A DNA stretch of 64,000 nucleotides from Octopus vulgaris (lineage: Eukaryota): NCBI GenBank assembly GCA_951406725.2, contig OX597833.1:59148001-59212000 (forward strand), in the 5' to 3' direction. Both the position numbers and the translations under genes were made by a program. This document shows positions 24,290 to 34,965 of this stretch, in pieces. The stretch's first letter is position 1. Each line of letters begins with the position of its first letter. Below the pieces are notes generated by a model. The model was not told the origin of the DNA and did not search any database. It was given only the letters and a program-made list of their open reading frames with translations.

Positions 24290-24465
24290 CACATCTTTGG
24301 CACTGCATGATGCCAAACATCGTTTTCTTTTGTGAGGCTCACTTTTATGATATCCTTCTTTGCCAGTTTGTCCATCTGGGATTTACTCTCTTGTTGGCCC
24401 ATCCTCTTTTATATCCAACCCCTTTTTTCATGCAAATCTCATCACCATCCGTACATATCACACAA
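24290..24465 (-). pseudogene. Highly decayed RTE LINE 3' ORF end
   Basis: Minus strand resembles the RTE C-terminus layout (..RM..KK..GRP..W..D..LT..W..AV); many lesions. Confidence 0.4.
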
Positions 24466-24517
24466 TATAATATACATTAATACATGCGCGGGCATGTATG
24501 AGTGTGTGTGTATACAT

Positions 24518-24584
<67 letters not shown>

Positions 24585-25325
24585 TATATGTGTATATGTA
24601 TATATATGTATATATGCATATGTATATACACATACATATATATATATATATATATGTTTATATATATTGTATATAAACATATATATATATCTATATATAT
24701 ATATACACACACACATATATGTGTCTTAATATATACCTATGTATGTATATATATAGATATATGCATATATACGTGTGTGTATATATACACACACACCCAT
24801 GCTAGCATGGAGAATGGACGTTAAACGATGATGATGATGATGATGATGATGATGCTTACATATCATATGCCAGACAGACACAAAACAATGACGATGATGT
24901 ATATATATATATATATATATATCAGTTATATTAGCTGAGACCTCCACACCACACCTTCGGGACACAGGATAATGGACTTGTGTCATCATATCACCATCGT
25001 ATCAGCATCATCATCATTGCCGCCGCCATCACCAGCACCATCGCGTTAGTCATCGATATAATTAACACCACATTAAGCTTTCTATTTACCATCATCTGCA
25101 TCATGGCCAAGATCATCACCATCATTGTCATCATCTTCATCACAGCCAACTAGCATCATCATCATCATCATCATCATCATCACTGACTTCATCACCTTCT
25201 TCGACATCATCACTCCCACCATCATCAGCATCATTATCAAAAACTTCAACAGCAATTTGTTTACCTATCTTCTTTGAAACATGTTTGACCACTTAAACAA
25301 ATCATTTTTACTTTAATTCCTAATT

Positions 25326-25416
<91 letters not shown>

Positions 25417-25439
25417 TGTTTATATACATATACAGTCGC

Positions 25440-25625
25440 TATGATAGCTCGGTAGCCACTACACACATTTTTTCTCTCTCCTTGTTTTTTCTGAGTCCCT
25501 TTCTGTAGAAGAGCATAGGCTTGAAACGTAAAAGACTTTTTCTATTCCTGAGCGTTATACTAATACATCTGTTTCTTTTGTACACCACCTGTCTTCATCT
25601 TTTGTTTTTTTCCTAAACTGTCCCT
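25440..25625 (+). mobile_element. PLE-derived short element with minimal hammerhead variant (25499-25534)
   Basis: CTTT-CTGTAGA-A-GAGC-ATAG-GCTT-GAAA-CG-TA-AAAG; a 3' part recurs inverted at 52880-52950. Confidence 0.6.
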
Positions 25626-26022
25626 GCGCAGGAGTGACTGTGTGGTAAGTAGCTTGTTTACCAACCACATGGTTCCGGGTTCAGTCCCACTGCGTGGCAC
25701 CTTGGGCAAGTGTCTTCTACTATAACCTCGGGCCGACCGAAGCCTTGTGAGTGGATTTGGTAGATGGAAACTGAAAGAAGCCCGTCGTATATATGTATAT
25801 ATATATATGTGTGTGTGTGTGTTTGTCCCCCTAGCATTGCTTGACAACCGATGCTGGTGTGTTTATGTCCCCGTTACTTAGCGGTTCGGCAAAAGAGACC
25901 GATAGAATAAGTACTGGGCTTACAAAAGAATAAGTCCCGGAGTCGAGTTGCTCGATTAAAGGCGGTGCTCCAGCATGGCCACAGTCAAATGACTGAAACA
26001 CGTAAAAGATAATAAAAGAGAA
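25626..26022 (+). mobile_element. SINE family A, full length
   Basis: Consensus-like copy. Confidence 0.9.
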
Positions 26023-26039
26023 TATATATATATACGTAA

Positions 26040-26178
26040 GTGCATCCAGCTGTAGTAATCTTACCAAAATAAACACGGTGCCAGAATAGCCCTTTGGCTG
26101 GTCAGCTTCTGTCAAACCATCCAACCCAGGCTAACATGGAAACAAACGTTAAACAATGATGATGATGATGATGATGAT
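26040..26178 (+). mobile_element. Family E fragment with (GAT)n tail
   Basis: GCATCCAGCTGTAG..CCAACCCAGGCTAACATGG..GTTAAACAATGATGAT. Confidence 0.7.
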
Positions 26179-26466
26179 ATATATATATATATGGTATTTG
26201 ACTGAGGAATGAAAACTTCGAATGACCCATCCTTGTTTTTGTTTATCGTCTATCTGGATGTTTTGTTGTCCCTTTTTGTATCACCTAGTGTTTTGCGTTC
26301 TTGTCCCATTTTGTATATATATATGTATACACGTACACACATGCTCATACATACATATGTATGTGTGTATATGTTTTGACTAATTTGTGTTATTTCCCCT
26401 GGTACACATCCACTTTCCTCAGTTCCACTCCTTCTCTCCATTGAGAGTTCTTTATATTGTAAACTA

Positions 26467-26936
26467 CAGGGATTCCTCGACTTGCGCGAGTAATTGGGGG
26501 ACGCGCAATTCGAAATTTGCGCAAGTCGAGTACCAGATATTGTTTTCTATAAATATTTTCTGGGATAACTGCTAAATATTGTTATATTAAAGAAACACTT
26601 GGAGAAAGTATTGAATGAACTTTCTTTCTATTTGAAACCAAAAAACTTTTATTGGTGACTGCTTTGTACGAATACAAATTACAAAAAATGATACAAATTG
26701 TTTAATGATTATAAACAGAAAATAGAAATTACTCAAGCACAATTATTTTTACTTTATGTATATTTGAAATGATGGATAGATAACAAGATAACAGACAAGG
26801 CAATGCAACCATGGATAATAAATATTTTTACAACAAGCGCAAGTCGAGAATACAACTCGCGCAACCTGAACACTCAGTGTCAAAAGTTGGCTCACGCAAG
26901 TCGAATTTCGCGGAAGTTGAACTCGGGGAATCCCTG
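26467..26936. mobile_element. Tigger/pogo-type MITE
   Basis: TA|CAGGGATTCCTCGA ... TCGGGGAATCCCTG|TA; repeated subterminal GCGCAAGTCGA motifs. Confidence 0.85.
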
Positions 26937-26944
26937 TACTTGCT

Positions 26945-27162
26945 GACACCACTGGTGCTGAAACCACATATAAAAGCACCTGTGCTGGTTCCACATAAGT
27001 AAAGCCCCCCCCCCCAGCACACTCTGTCAAGTGGCTGCCAGTAGGAAGAACAGCCATACCAAAACAGACAAATGGATGGACTCTGGTACAGCTCTCTGGC
27101 TTGCCAGCTCTGGTGCATCCATGCAACTCATGCCAGCATGGAAAACACACATTAAATGATGA
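26945..27162 (+). mobile_element. Family E, degenerate
   Basis: TAAAAGCACC unit and AACTCATGCCAGCATGGAAAA..TTAAATGATGA end. Confidence 0.6.
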
Positions 27163-27472
27163 CCATGGGATTGCACCTAGAAAGTTACTCTCCCAGGCAC
27201 AAGTCCAAGCAAAGTTGTTTATGGAAGACCAACAGTCACCCATGCATACCGGCCTCCCCCTCTCCATGCCACTGATGTTATCCAAGGGAAAGGCAAGGGG
27301 CCGATACAGCTTGGCACCTGTGGTGTCGCAACTCAATTTCTACAGCTGAGTGAACTGGAGCAACGTGAAATAAAGTGTCTTGCTCAAGAACATAACATGC
27401 AGCCCAGTCCGGGATTCAAACTCACAACCTCATGGTAAGCTCGACACTCTAACCACCGAGCCATGCACCTTC
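27163..27472 (-). mobile_element. SINE family D (tRNA head plus GTGTCCTTGAGCAAGACACTT core)
   Basis: CAGCTGAGTGAACTGGAGCAACGTGAAATAAAGTGTCTTGCTCAAG on the + strand. Confidence 0.8.
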
Positions 27473-27589
27473 ATAATGATATGTATATGTGTGTGTGTTT
27501 ATATACATATACACAGTGTCTAACTGGATCTGAAAATATTGGTTGCCAGGAGACTAAGGGGGCCCAACCGTAACGACAATGCTATCATT

Positions 27590-27615
27590 TAATAATAACA
27601 ATAATAATAATAATT

Positions 27616-27658
<43 letters not shown>

Positions 27659-27780
27659 GGATAATAATAATAATGGTAATAATGATAATAATAATGATAA
27701 TAATAAGGATAATAATAATAATAATGGTAATAATGATAATAATAATAATAATAATGATAATAAGGATAATAATAATAATA

Positions 27781-27837
<57 letters not shown>

Positions 27838-27846
27838 GTAATAATT
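27590..27846. repeat. (AAT)n-based trinucleotide repeat
   Basis: Directly visible. Confidence 0.95.
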
Positions 27847-27985
27847 ATGGATACAATTTTTTTTTAATTGTGTGAGTGGCCCGACAATTTCAGCACATGT
27901 CTAATTTTGTGATTTTTCAAGTGGTGAGATGATTTAGCATCTATTTTCAGCATATAGGCTACAAAATTTTCTATGCCCTAAATTA

Positions 27986-28023
<38 letters not shown>

Positions 28024-28026
<3 letters not shown>

Positions 28027-28230
28027 CCGCGTGTGTACCATTGGCGATTTTTTTTCCTCTGTCTTCCTTTCTCTGGATCTTTCCTTCCCCTATGTTTCTG
28101 ACGAAGAGCTCCGCTCGAAACGTTAAACCCTCCTTCTTTCCTTCTTTCCTGAGCGTCCAATAATATTATATTCGTTCCCCGTCCTCGCGTTGTTGTGTTT
28201 TTTTTGTGCTTTCATGTTTGGATTAACTTT
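28024..28230 (+). mobile_element. (TA)n-embedded, about 205-bp hammerhead-bearing PLE-derived element, copy 1
   Basis: Starts TGACCGCGTGTGTACC, ends TTCATGTTTGGATTAACT; four copies in the window. Confidence 0.75.
28094..28128 (+). ncRNA. Minimal type I hammerhead ribozyme motif, intact core
   Basis: GTTT-CTGACGA-A-GAGC-TCC-GCTC-GAAA-CG-TT-AAAC. Confidence 0.75.
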
Positions 28231-28254
28231 ATATATATATATATATATAATAAA

Positions 28255-28520
28255 CCTTTACATAAATAAATAACGTGAAATACATGAAGGGACGAACAAA
28301 AAGACAAACGGGTCATTCAAAGCCTTCATTCTTCAGTCAGAAACTGATCCGTCATTGCAGATTTCGGCTGTTTAATTCTGAGATCCGCTCTGAATCAGCC
28401 AGCCACAGAAGGAAAGAATGAAACGCAACAGAGACGAACATGAAACGAAAAATCTTTTTTGGAGACAGTAACGGTTAAAAACATGGATGACACAGGCGCC
28501 CTACGGCTTTGAGACAAAAT
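28255..28520 (-). mobile_element. (TA)n-embedded element with degenerate hammerhead-like motifs
   Basis: Minus strand CAGCCGAAA...GACTGAAGAATGAAGGCTTTGAATGACCC; related to 26191-26315 (+). Confidence 0.45.
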
Positions 28521-28599
28521 TATATATATATGATGGACTCTGCCATCAAAGACAACATACAAGCGTCCTTCAGCTTTTGTCAAACGATCTGCACAAATG

Positions 28600-28840
28600 A
28601 TTTGTTTCTAGTGATCAAATGTACGTGATGTACATTAGCTTGCTGCCTCCATCGAATTGACATTTTCTGAACAGGTGCATGGTGAACCACACATCGGCTA
28701 TCAAAATGACCGTAAAGCAATATGAGATGGGAAATGAAGAGTTTTGCTTAAGAACACAACACGCCACCTGGTCTAGGAATTGAAACCACGATCTAGCAAT
28801 CATAAATGTGACACCCCAACCACAAAGCCATGTGCCCTCA
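28600..28840 (-). mobile_element. SINE family D relative, degenerate
   Basis: TTGCTTAAGAACACAAC..GGAATTGAAACC..AACCACAAAGCCATGTGCCCTCAC. Confidence 0.65.
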
Positions 28841-28861
28841 CATATACACACACACACACAT

Positions 28862-29082
28862 ATAGCACGCCGGGCGAAATGCTTACCGGTATTTCGTCTG
28901 TCATTACGTTCTGAGTTCAAATTCCGCCGAGGTCGACTTTGCCTTTCATCCTTTCAGGGTCGACTTTGCCTTTCATCCTTTCAGGGTCGATAAATTAAGT
29001 ACCAGTTACGCACTGGGGTCGATGTAATCGACTTTATCCCTTTGTCTGTCCTTGTTTGGCCCCTTGTGGGTAGTAAAGAAAT
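28862..29082 (+). mobile_element. SINE family B with internal 27-bp tandem duplication
   Basis: GGTCGACTTTGCCTTTCATCCTTTCAG occurs twice in tandem. Confidence 0.9.
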
Positions 29083-29169
29083 ACATAATATACATACATA
29101 TCATATATATAAATATTTAATGATGATGGTAATGCTATGTGTGTCAGTGAAGATAAAGTAAATATGGGT

Positions 29170-29515
29170 GTATACATATAGATATGTATATACACACGCA
29201 TATACATATATATAATGAGTGTACGTGCATATGTGTGTGTATATGTGTATATATAGTTGTATATGCATACATACACATATATAAACATATATTCATATGT
29301 TATATATATGCATATACATATATATAATGTGTGTACGTGCATGTGTGTGTATATGTGTATATATAGTTGTACATGCATACATACACATATATAAACATAT
29401 ATTCATGTTATATATATGCATATACATATATATAATGTATGTGCATGTGTGTGTGTGTATGTGTATATATAGTTGTATATGCATGCATACACATATATAA
29501 ACATATATTCATATT
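29170..29515. repeat. About 115-bp tandem triplication of TA/CA-rich sequence
   Basis: ATAGTTGTA..TGCAT..ATACACATATATAAACATATATTCAT recurs three times. Confidence 0.8.
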
Positions 29516-29908
29516 CATATTCATACATACATACATACACACCTTATTGATAAAAGACTCATAACACACTACTCTGTTTCAAACAAAGAGTCTTGGCAGA
29601 CTGTTTGCATAGGTGTATTGGTAAATGCGTGCGCGCATGTGTGTGTGTGTGTGTGTGTGTGTGCATGCGTGTGTGTGTGTATGTATGCATTTGCACAGTG
29701 TATAGTGTATACATGAAAGCAATTAGTGTGCAGGTCATCATATAACGGTGTTTGTTTAAGAACACAATTGAAGAGTTTGGTAAACACATGTTGAACCGAT
29801 AATATTGTCTCCTAACAATAGGTCACTGATTTCAATGGATGGGGCATTAAAGGAAGTCTCAACTACACTTGTGGCCATCCTTACAGTCAAGTGGTTGTTT
29901 TGTCTTGC

Positions 29909-30567
29909 AACGGTGCTGGATTAACCATTAAGCAAAAGAAGTGTGTGCTTAGGGCATCAAGGAAAGGAGGGGGGCACCACAGAATTGGTAAAAGGTTTAC
30001 AGTACAAACGAAATCACTTTAAACTTGCTAAAATAATATTCAGGATGCCTTTATCTCTACTAAGTAAGGCAGCAAGCTCAAAGAAATGTTAGCACACTGG
30101 GCAAAATGCTTAGCAGTATTTCGTCTGTCTTTACGTTCTGAGTTCAAATTCCATCGAGGTTGACTTTGCCTTTCATCCTTTTGGGGTCAATAAATTAAGT
30201 ACCATTTGCATACTGGGGTCAATATAATCAGCTGGCCCCTCCCTGCAAACTTTGGACCTTGTGCCTAGAGTAGAAAAGTTTATCTCTACTAAGTATAAAT
30301 GCAAGTGAGTTACCTAAGATAAATTTTGAGGATCCGATCAAAGATTTTGCAATTCAAAAAAGTAGGAGGAAACTTTTCAAATATAAATAAAGTGGAAGTA
30401 GACAAAAATAAAACATTATTTTCCCTCCTAATGTTTTGTTTCATTTTGAAAAATGAAAATTTATTCTATGGTTTGTTATTGTTTATATTTTGAATTACAT
30501 AATCTTTTATGGGGGCACCAAAATCTTTTAAGAGCTTGGGGCCTTGATGGGTCTTATTTCATCCCTC
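29909..30567. mobile_element. Degenerate hAT-like MITE containing a SINE B (30067-30278)
   Basis: GTGCTGGATTAACC.. and ..GGGTCTTATTTCATCCCT ends, GGGGGCACCA near both ends; TTTATCTCTACTAAGTA duplicated around the SINE. Confidence 0.5.
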
Positions 30568-30669
30568 AGATGCAACATGTTGGATGTGAACTTTCTCAGC
30601 AAACAAATCTTATTGAATCAATGATCAATGCCACCAGATGCAGAGCAGATGAGCAGAGAATAAACTGTC

Positions 30670-30856
30670 AATTATTATTATTCTTATGACCAAGTTCCAA
30701 CCCAGGCCACAGCAACAAAGTCTACCTACCACACTTCTTGGTCTATCATCACTGCTCTGAGGTCCTGGATACATTCCAGACCAGGTTCTGCAATCGAGTT
30801 GCCAATATAAATGTGATGATGTTTTCCTCTTCTTACTTCGCCATGAAGAGGATTCC
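30670..30856 (-). pseudogene. RTE-type LINE 3' end
   Basis: WNPLHGEVRRGK..YI..GL..L..M.DQEVW matches the RTE C-terminal W.P.HG..RGRP..YID..GL..M.DR..W pattern; followed by an (AAT)n tail. Confidence 0.7.
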
Positions 30857-30988
30857 ACATGAAAGCAATTAGTGTGCAGGTCATCATATAACGGTGTTTG
30901 TTTAAGAACACACAGTGATCCGACAGTCGCATCCGTCTTTACTTGATCTTGTCTCTAACTTTTGGCAGGTCTTAAAGGCATTCATTAA

Positions 30989-31292
30989 AGGTGGCGAGCT
31001 GGCAGAGTCGTTAGCACGCCGGGTGAAATGCTTAGCAGTATTTTGTCTGTTGTTACGTTCTGAGTTCAAATTCCGCCGAGGTCGACTTTGCCTTTCATCC
31101 TTTCAGGGTCGATAAATTAAGTACCAGTTAGGCACTGGGGTCGATGTAATCGACTTAATACCTATGTCTGTCCTTGTTTGTCCCCTCTGTGTTTAGACCC
31201 TTGTGGGTAATAAAGAAATAGGTATTTCGTCTGTTGTTATGTTCTGAGTTCAAATTCCACCGAGGTCGACTTTGCCTTTCATCCTTTCGGAG
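30989..31292 (+). mobile_element. SINE family B plus partial tandem second copy
   Basis: Full copy to 31219, then restart at GGTATTTCGTCTG. Confidence 0.9.
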
Positions 31293-31369
31293 TCTATTTC
31301 GTATATGATCTGAGTCTGAATTGCTCCTGTGTCTTTGCCATATGCCTTCCCATATGCAGAGTCAGGATT

Positions 31370-31405
<36 letters not shown>

Positions 31406-31410
31406 TTTTA

Positions 31411-31539
31411 TTAAAGCTGCAAAATTTTTGCAAACTCTTGCTCTGAATTTCACGTTCCATTTGTCGATGAATTGAACTGTACAACAAACATCGATATGAA
31501 GCTCTGAGTAAGAGTTTTGTAAAAATTTTGCAGCTTTAA
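31411..31539. mobile_element. Kolobok-like MITE
   Basis: TTAA|AGCTGCAAAATTTTTGCAAACTCTTGCTC ... GAGTAAGAGTTTTGTAAAAATTTTGCAGCT|TTAA. Confidence 0.7.
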
Positions 31540-31633
31540 AATGAAAACCTATCACTCTGCCTTAGGTATTGAGTACTATCTTTTTTTCTACTGTGTTTTG
31601 CATTTATGTGCTTACTTGAAGTGTGTATATATA

Positions 31634-31682
<49 letters not shown>

Positions 31683-32086
31683 ATATATATAAACGATGAT
31701 GATGATGATGATGATATATATATATAGGTTATGCTTATATGTGTGTGTGGTGTGGGTGTGTGTCTGTCCCAGTCAAATCAATAGCTTTTACTCTATTAAT
31801 GGAAAAAGCTCCACAATTAGTAAATATTTTATTGTTTTTCCACAAGTCATTAACGATACAAACCAATATACAGTTTATATACAGTTTATACACTCTCACA
31901 TACACACACATACACACATATATATATATGTGTATACATATATACATACATATTTGCATACATCTATGCATACATATGTTCATATATGCATATATACATA
32001 CACACACACATATATATATTTGTATATATATATATTTGTATATATATATTTGCATATATATATATATGTCTGTACATATATATGTA

Positions 32087-32128
<42 letters not shown>

Positions 32129-32480
32129 GTTGTATGTATGTATATACACTATTTTATTCTTTGACAAGAATAATATTGGTGCTGACTCGAAAGTTTTGGC
32201 TAGCTCAGTCATCATTAGTGATAGCTTTGCTGGTTGAAACTTTGAAGTCACTATCAACACTACTCTCATTAAAGAATCATAAATATATATTCTAGCAAAA
32301 GTACGAAGAAGTCCTTCAGTTGTGTGTTGCCAATTAAACACATTCATTATAGCGTATGTGTTTAATTGGCAAAAATATGGCCACCCCCATGTATAAGAAC
32401 AATAAATTTATACTCTACTAAATGTTTTGAGTAATCCTTCAATGTAATATAAAATAGTTTTTGTTATAACAACAAAAAAA

Positions 32481-32785
32481 GGAGAGCTGGCAGAACCATT
32501 AGCACACTTGGTGAAATGCTTAACAGTATTTCACCTGTCGCTATGTTCTGAGTTCAAATTCTGCTGACAGCAACTTTGCCTTTTATCATTTTGGGGTCAA
32601 TAAATTATGTACCAGCTGCATACTGGAGCTGATTAAATCAACTGGCCCCCTCCCCCAAAATTTCGGGCCTTGTGCCTAGAGTAGGAAAGGATAAATTAAG
32701 TACCGGTAAAACACTGGAGTCAATGTACCCTTTCAACTAGTACCGTTTCCCAAATTTCAAGCCTTGTACCTGTATTAGAAAGGAT
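32481..32785 (+). mobile_element. SINE family B, older, with duplicated 3' part
   Basis: Family B head and core; the 3' module is repeated. Confidence 0.75.
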
Positions 32786-32881
32786 TATAATATTAAAGCA
32801 AACAACCTACAAATATATATATATATACACATACATAAAGATGTAGAGAAGGGGGGGCCCCTTCTTTATATATATATATAT

Positions 32882-33270
32882 AGGCACAGGAGTGGCTGTG
32901 TGGTAAGTAGCTTGCTAACCAACCACATGGTTCCGTGTTCAGTCCCACTGCATGGCATCTTGGGCAAGCCTTTCTGCTATAGCCTCGGGCCAACCAAAGC
33001 CTTGTGAGTGGATTTGGCAGGCGGAAACTGAAAGAAGCCTGTCGTATATATGTATGTGTGTGTATGTTTGTTTGTCTGTTTGTCCCTCTAGCATTGCTTG
33101 ACAACCGATGCTGGTGTGTTTACGTCCCCGTTACTTAGCGGTTCGGCAAAAGAGACCGATAGAATAAGTACTGGGCTTACAAAGAATAAGTCCCGGGGTC
33201 GATTTGCTCGACTAAAGGTGGCGCTCCAGCATGGCCGCAGTCAAATGACTGAAACAAGTAAAAGAGTAAA
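32882..33270 (+). mobile_element. SINE family A, full length
   Basis: Consensus-like copy. Confidence 0.9.
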
Positions 33271-33299
33271 AAATATATAGATATATATATATATACATA

Positions 33300-33510
33300 T
33301 GTGACCGCGTGTGTACCGTTGGCGATTTTCTTTCCTCCGTCTTCCCTCCTTTGGATCTTTCCTTTTCCTATGTTTCTGAAGAAGAGCTCCGCTCGAAACG
33401 TTAAACCCTCTTTCTTTCCTTCTTTCCTGAGCATCCAATAATACTATACTTGTTCCATGTCCTCACGGTGTTGTGTTTTCTCTTTGTGTTTTCATGTTTG
33501 GATTAACTTT
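33300..33510 (+). mobile_element. Hammerhead-bearing PLE-derived element, copy 2 (HHR 33372-33406, intact)
   Basis: GTTT-CTGAAGA-A-GAGC-TCC-GCTC-GAAA-CG-TT-AAAC; (TA)n on both sides. Confidence 0.75.
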
Positions 33511-33982
33511 ATATATATATATAATATATACACATACACACATACATATACACAATTTGCTACAAAGAAACATGACTTCTCTTTCTTTTACTCTTTTAAT
33601 ATATATATATATATATATATATTGTTAATTAAATATATTCTGTAAGAATATTATATACTGAATTTAAAATGAGTGTTCTTTGTATATAAGTGTCAAAAAT
33701 ATTAATACAATGAAGTATTTAGACATTTAATATGATCTATTATATATATTATATTTCTAAATAATAGCATGAAAATTAATATCAAAAAATTTTTCATGAA
33801 GATATATATGTTTAAAATAATATTGTATTAAAAATATATGTAAAAATATGAAACATGACAGTTTAAAAGTTTGGTAATTAATGCATTAATTATCAAACTT
33901 TTAGACTGCCACATTTCATATATTTACATATATATATTTACACACACACACACACGCACACATATATATATATGTGTGTGTG

Positions 33983-34650
33983 TAGGTGAAGGAGTGGCTG
34001 TGTAGTAAGAAGCTTGCTTCACAACCACATGGTTCCGGGTTCAGTCCCACTGCATGGCACCTTGGGCAAGTATCTTCTACTATAACCTTGGGCAGACCAA
34101 AGCATTGTGATTGGATTTGGTAGATGGAAACTGAAAGAAGCCCGTCGTATATATATATATATATATATAAATGTGTGTGTGTGTGTTTATGCGTGTGTGT
34201 GTTTGTCCCCCCTACCATTACTTGACAACCAATGTTGGTGTGTTTACATCCCCGTAACTTATCGGTTCAACAAAAGAGACTGATCGAATAAGTGTTTAGA
34301 CTTCCGATAATAAGCCCTGGGGTTGATTTGTTCGACTAAAGGGGGTGCTCCAGCATTGCCACAGTCAAATGACAGAAACAAGTAAAAGAATAACAGAATA
34401 TATATACATATATATGTATGTGTGTGTATATGTTAGTATGTATATGTTTGTCCCCCCAGCATCGCTTGACAACCGATGCTGGTGTGTTTACATCCCCGTA
34501 ACTTAGCGGTTCGGCAAAAGAGATCAATAGAATAAGTACTAGGCTTACAAAGAATAAGTCCTGGGGTCGATTTGCCCGACTATAAAGGCGGTGCTCCAGC
34601 ATGGCCGCAGTCAAAATGACTGAAACAAGTAAAACGAGTAAAAGAGAGAA
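33983..34650 (+). mobile_element. SINE family A plus tandem 3'-half copy
   Basis: Full copy to about 34400, second 3' half at 34440-34650. Confidence 0.9.
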
Positions 34651-34932
34651 TAGCAAAAAATAGTAGAACAACAGTATCAATAACAACAACAACAACAACA
34701 ACAATTACAGCAGCACCTGTAACAGCAACAACAACAACATGAATAATGGTAACAACAACTGCAAGAACAACAATGGCAACAATTTGTGGCAACAACAACA
34801 ACAACAACAACAATAGCAGCAAGAAAACCATTAACAGCAATTTTATGTCCATCTCCACCTCACTCCATTTACCAAATAAACGAGCGTTTAAGCAAGACTC
34901 GTTAATTATTATGTAGTATCTTAATTTAGTGG

Positions 34933-34965
<33 letters not shown>

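Noticed and set aside
26380-26445. Minus-strand CTGAGGA..GGAAA hammerhead-like motif
   Set aside because: Stem II and helix I cannot be paired convincingly; single copy in the window.
27579-27875. Poly-Asn ORF
   Set aside because: (AAT)n microsatellite.
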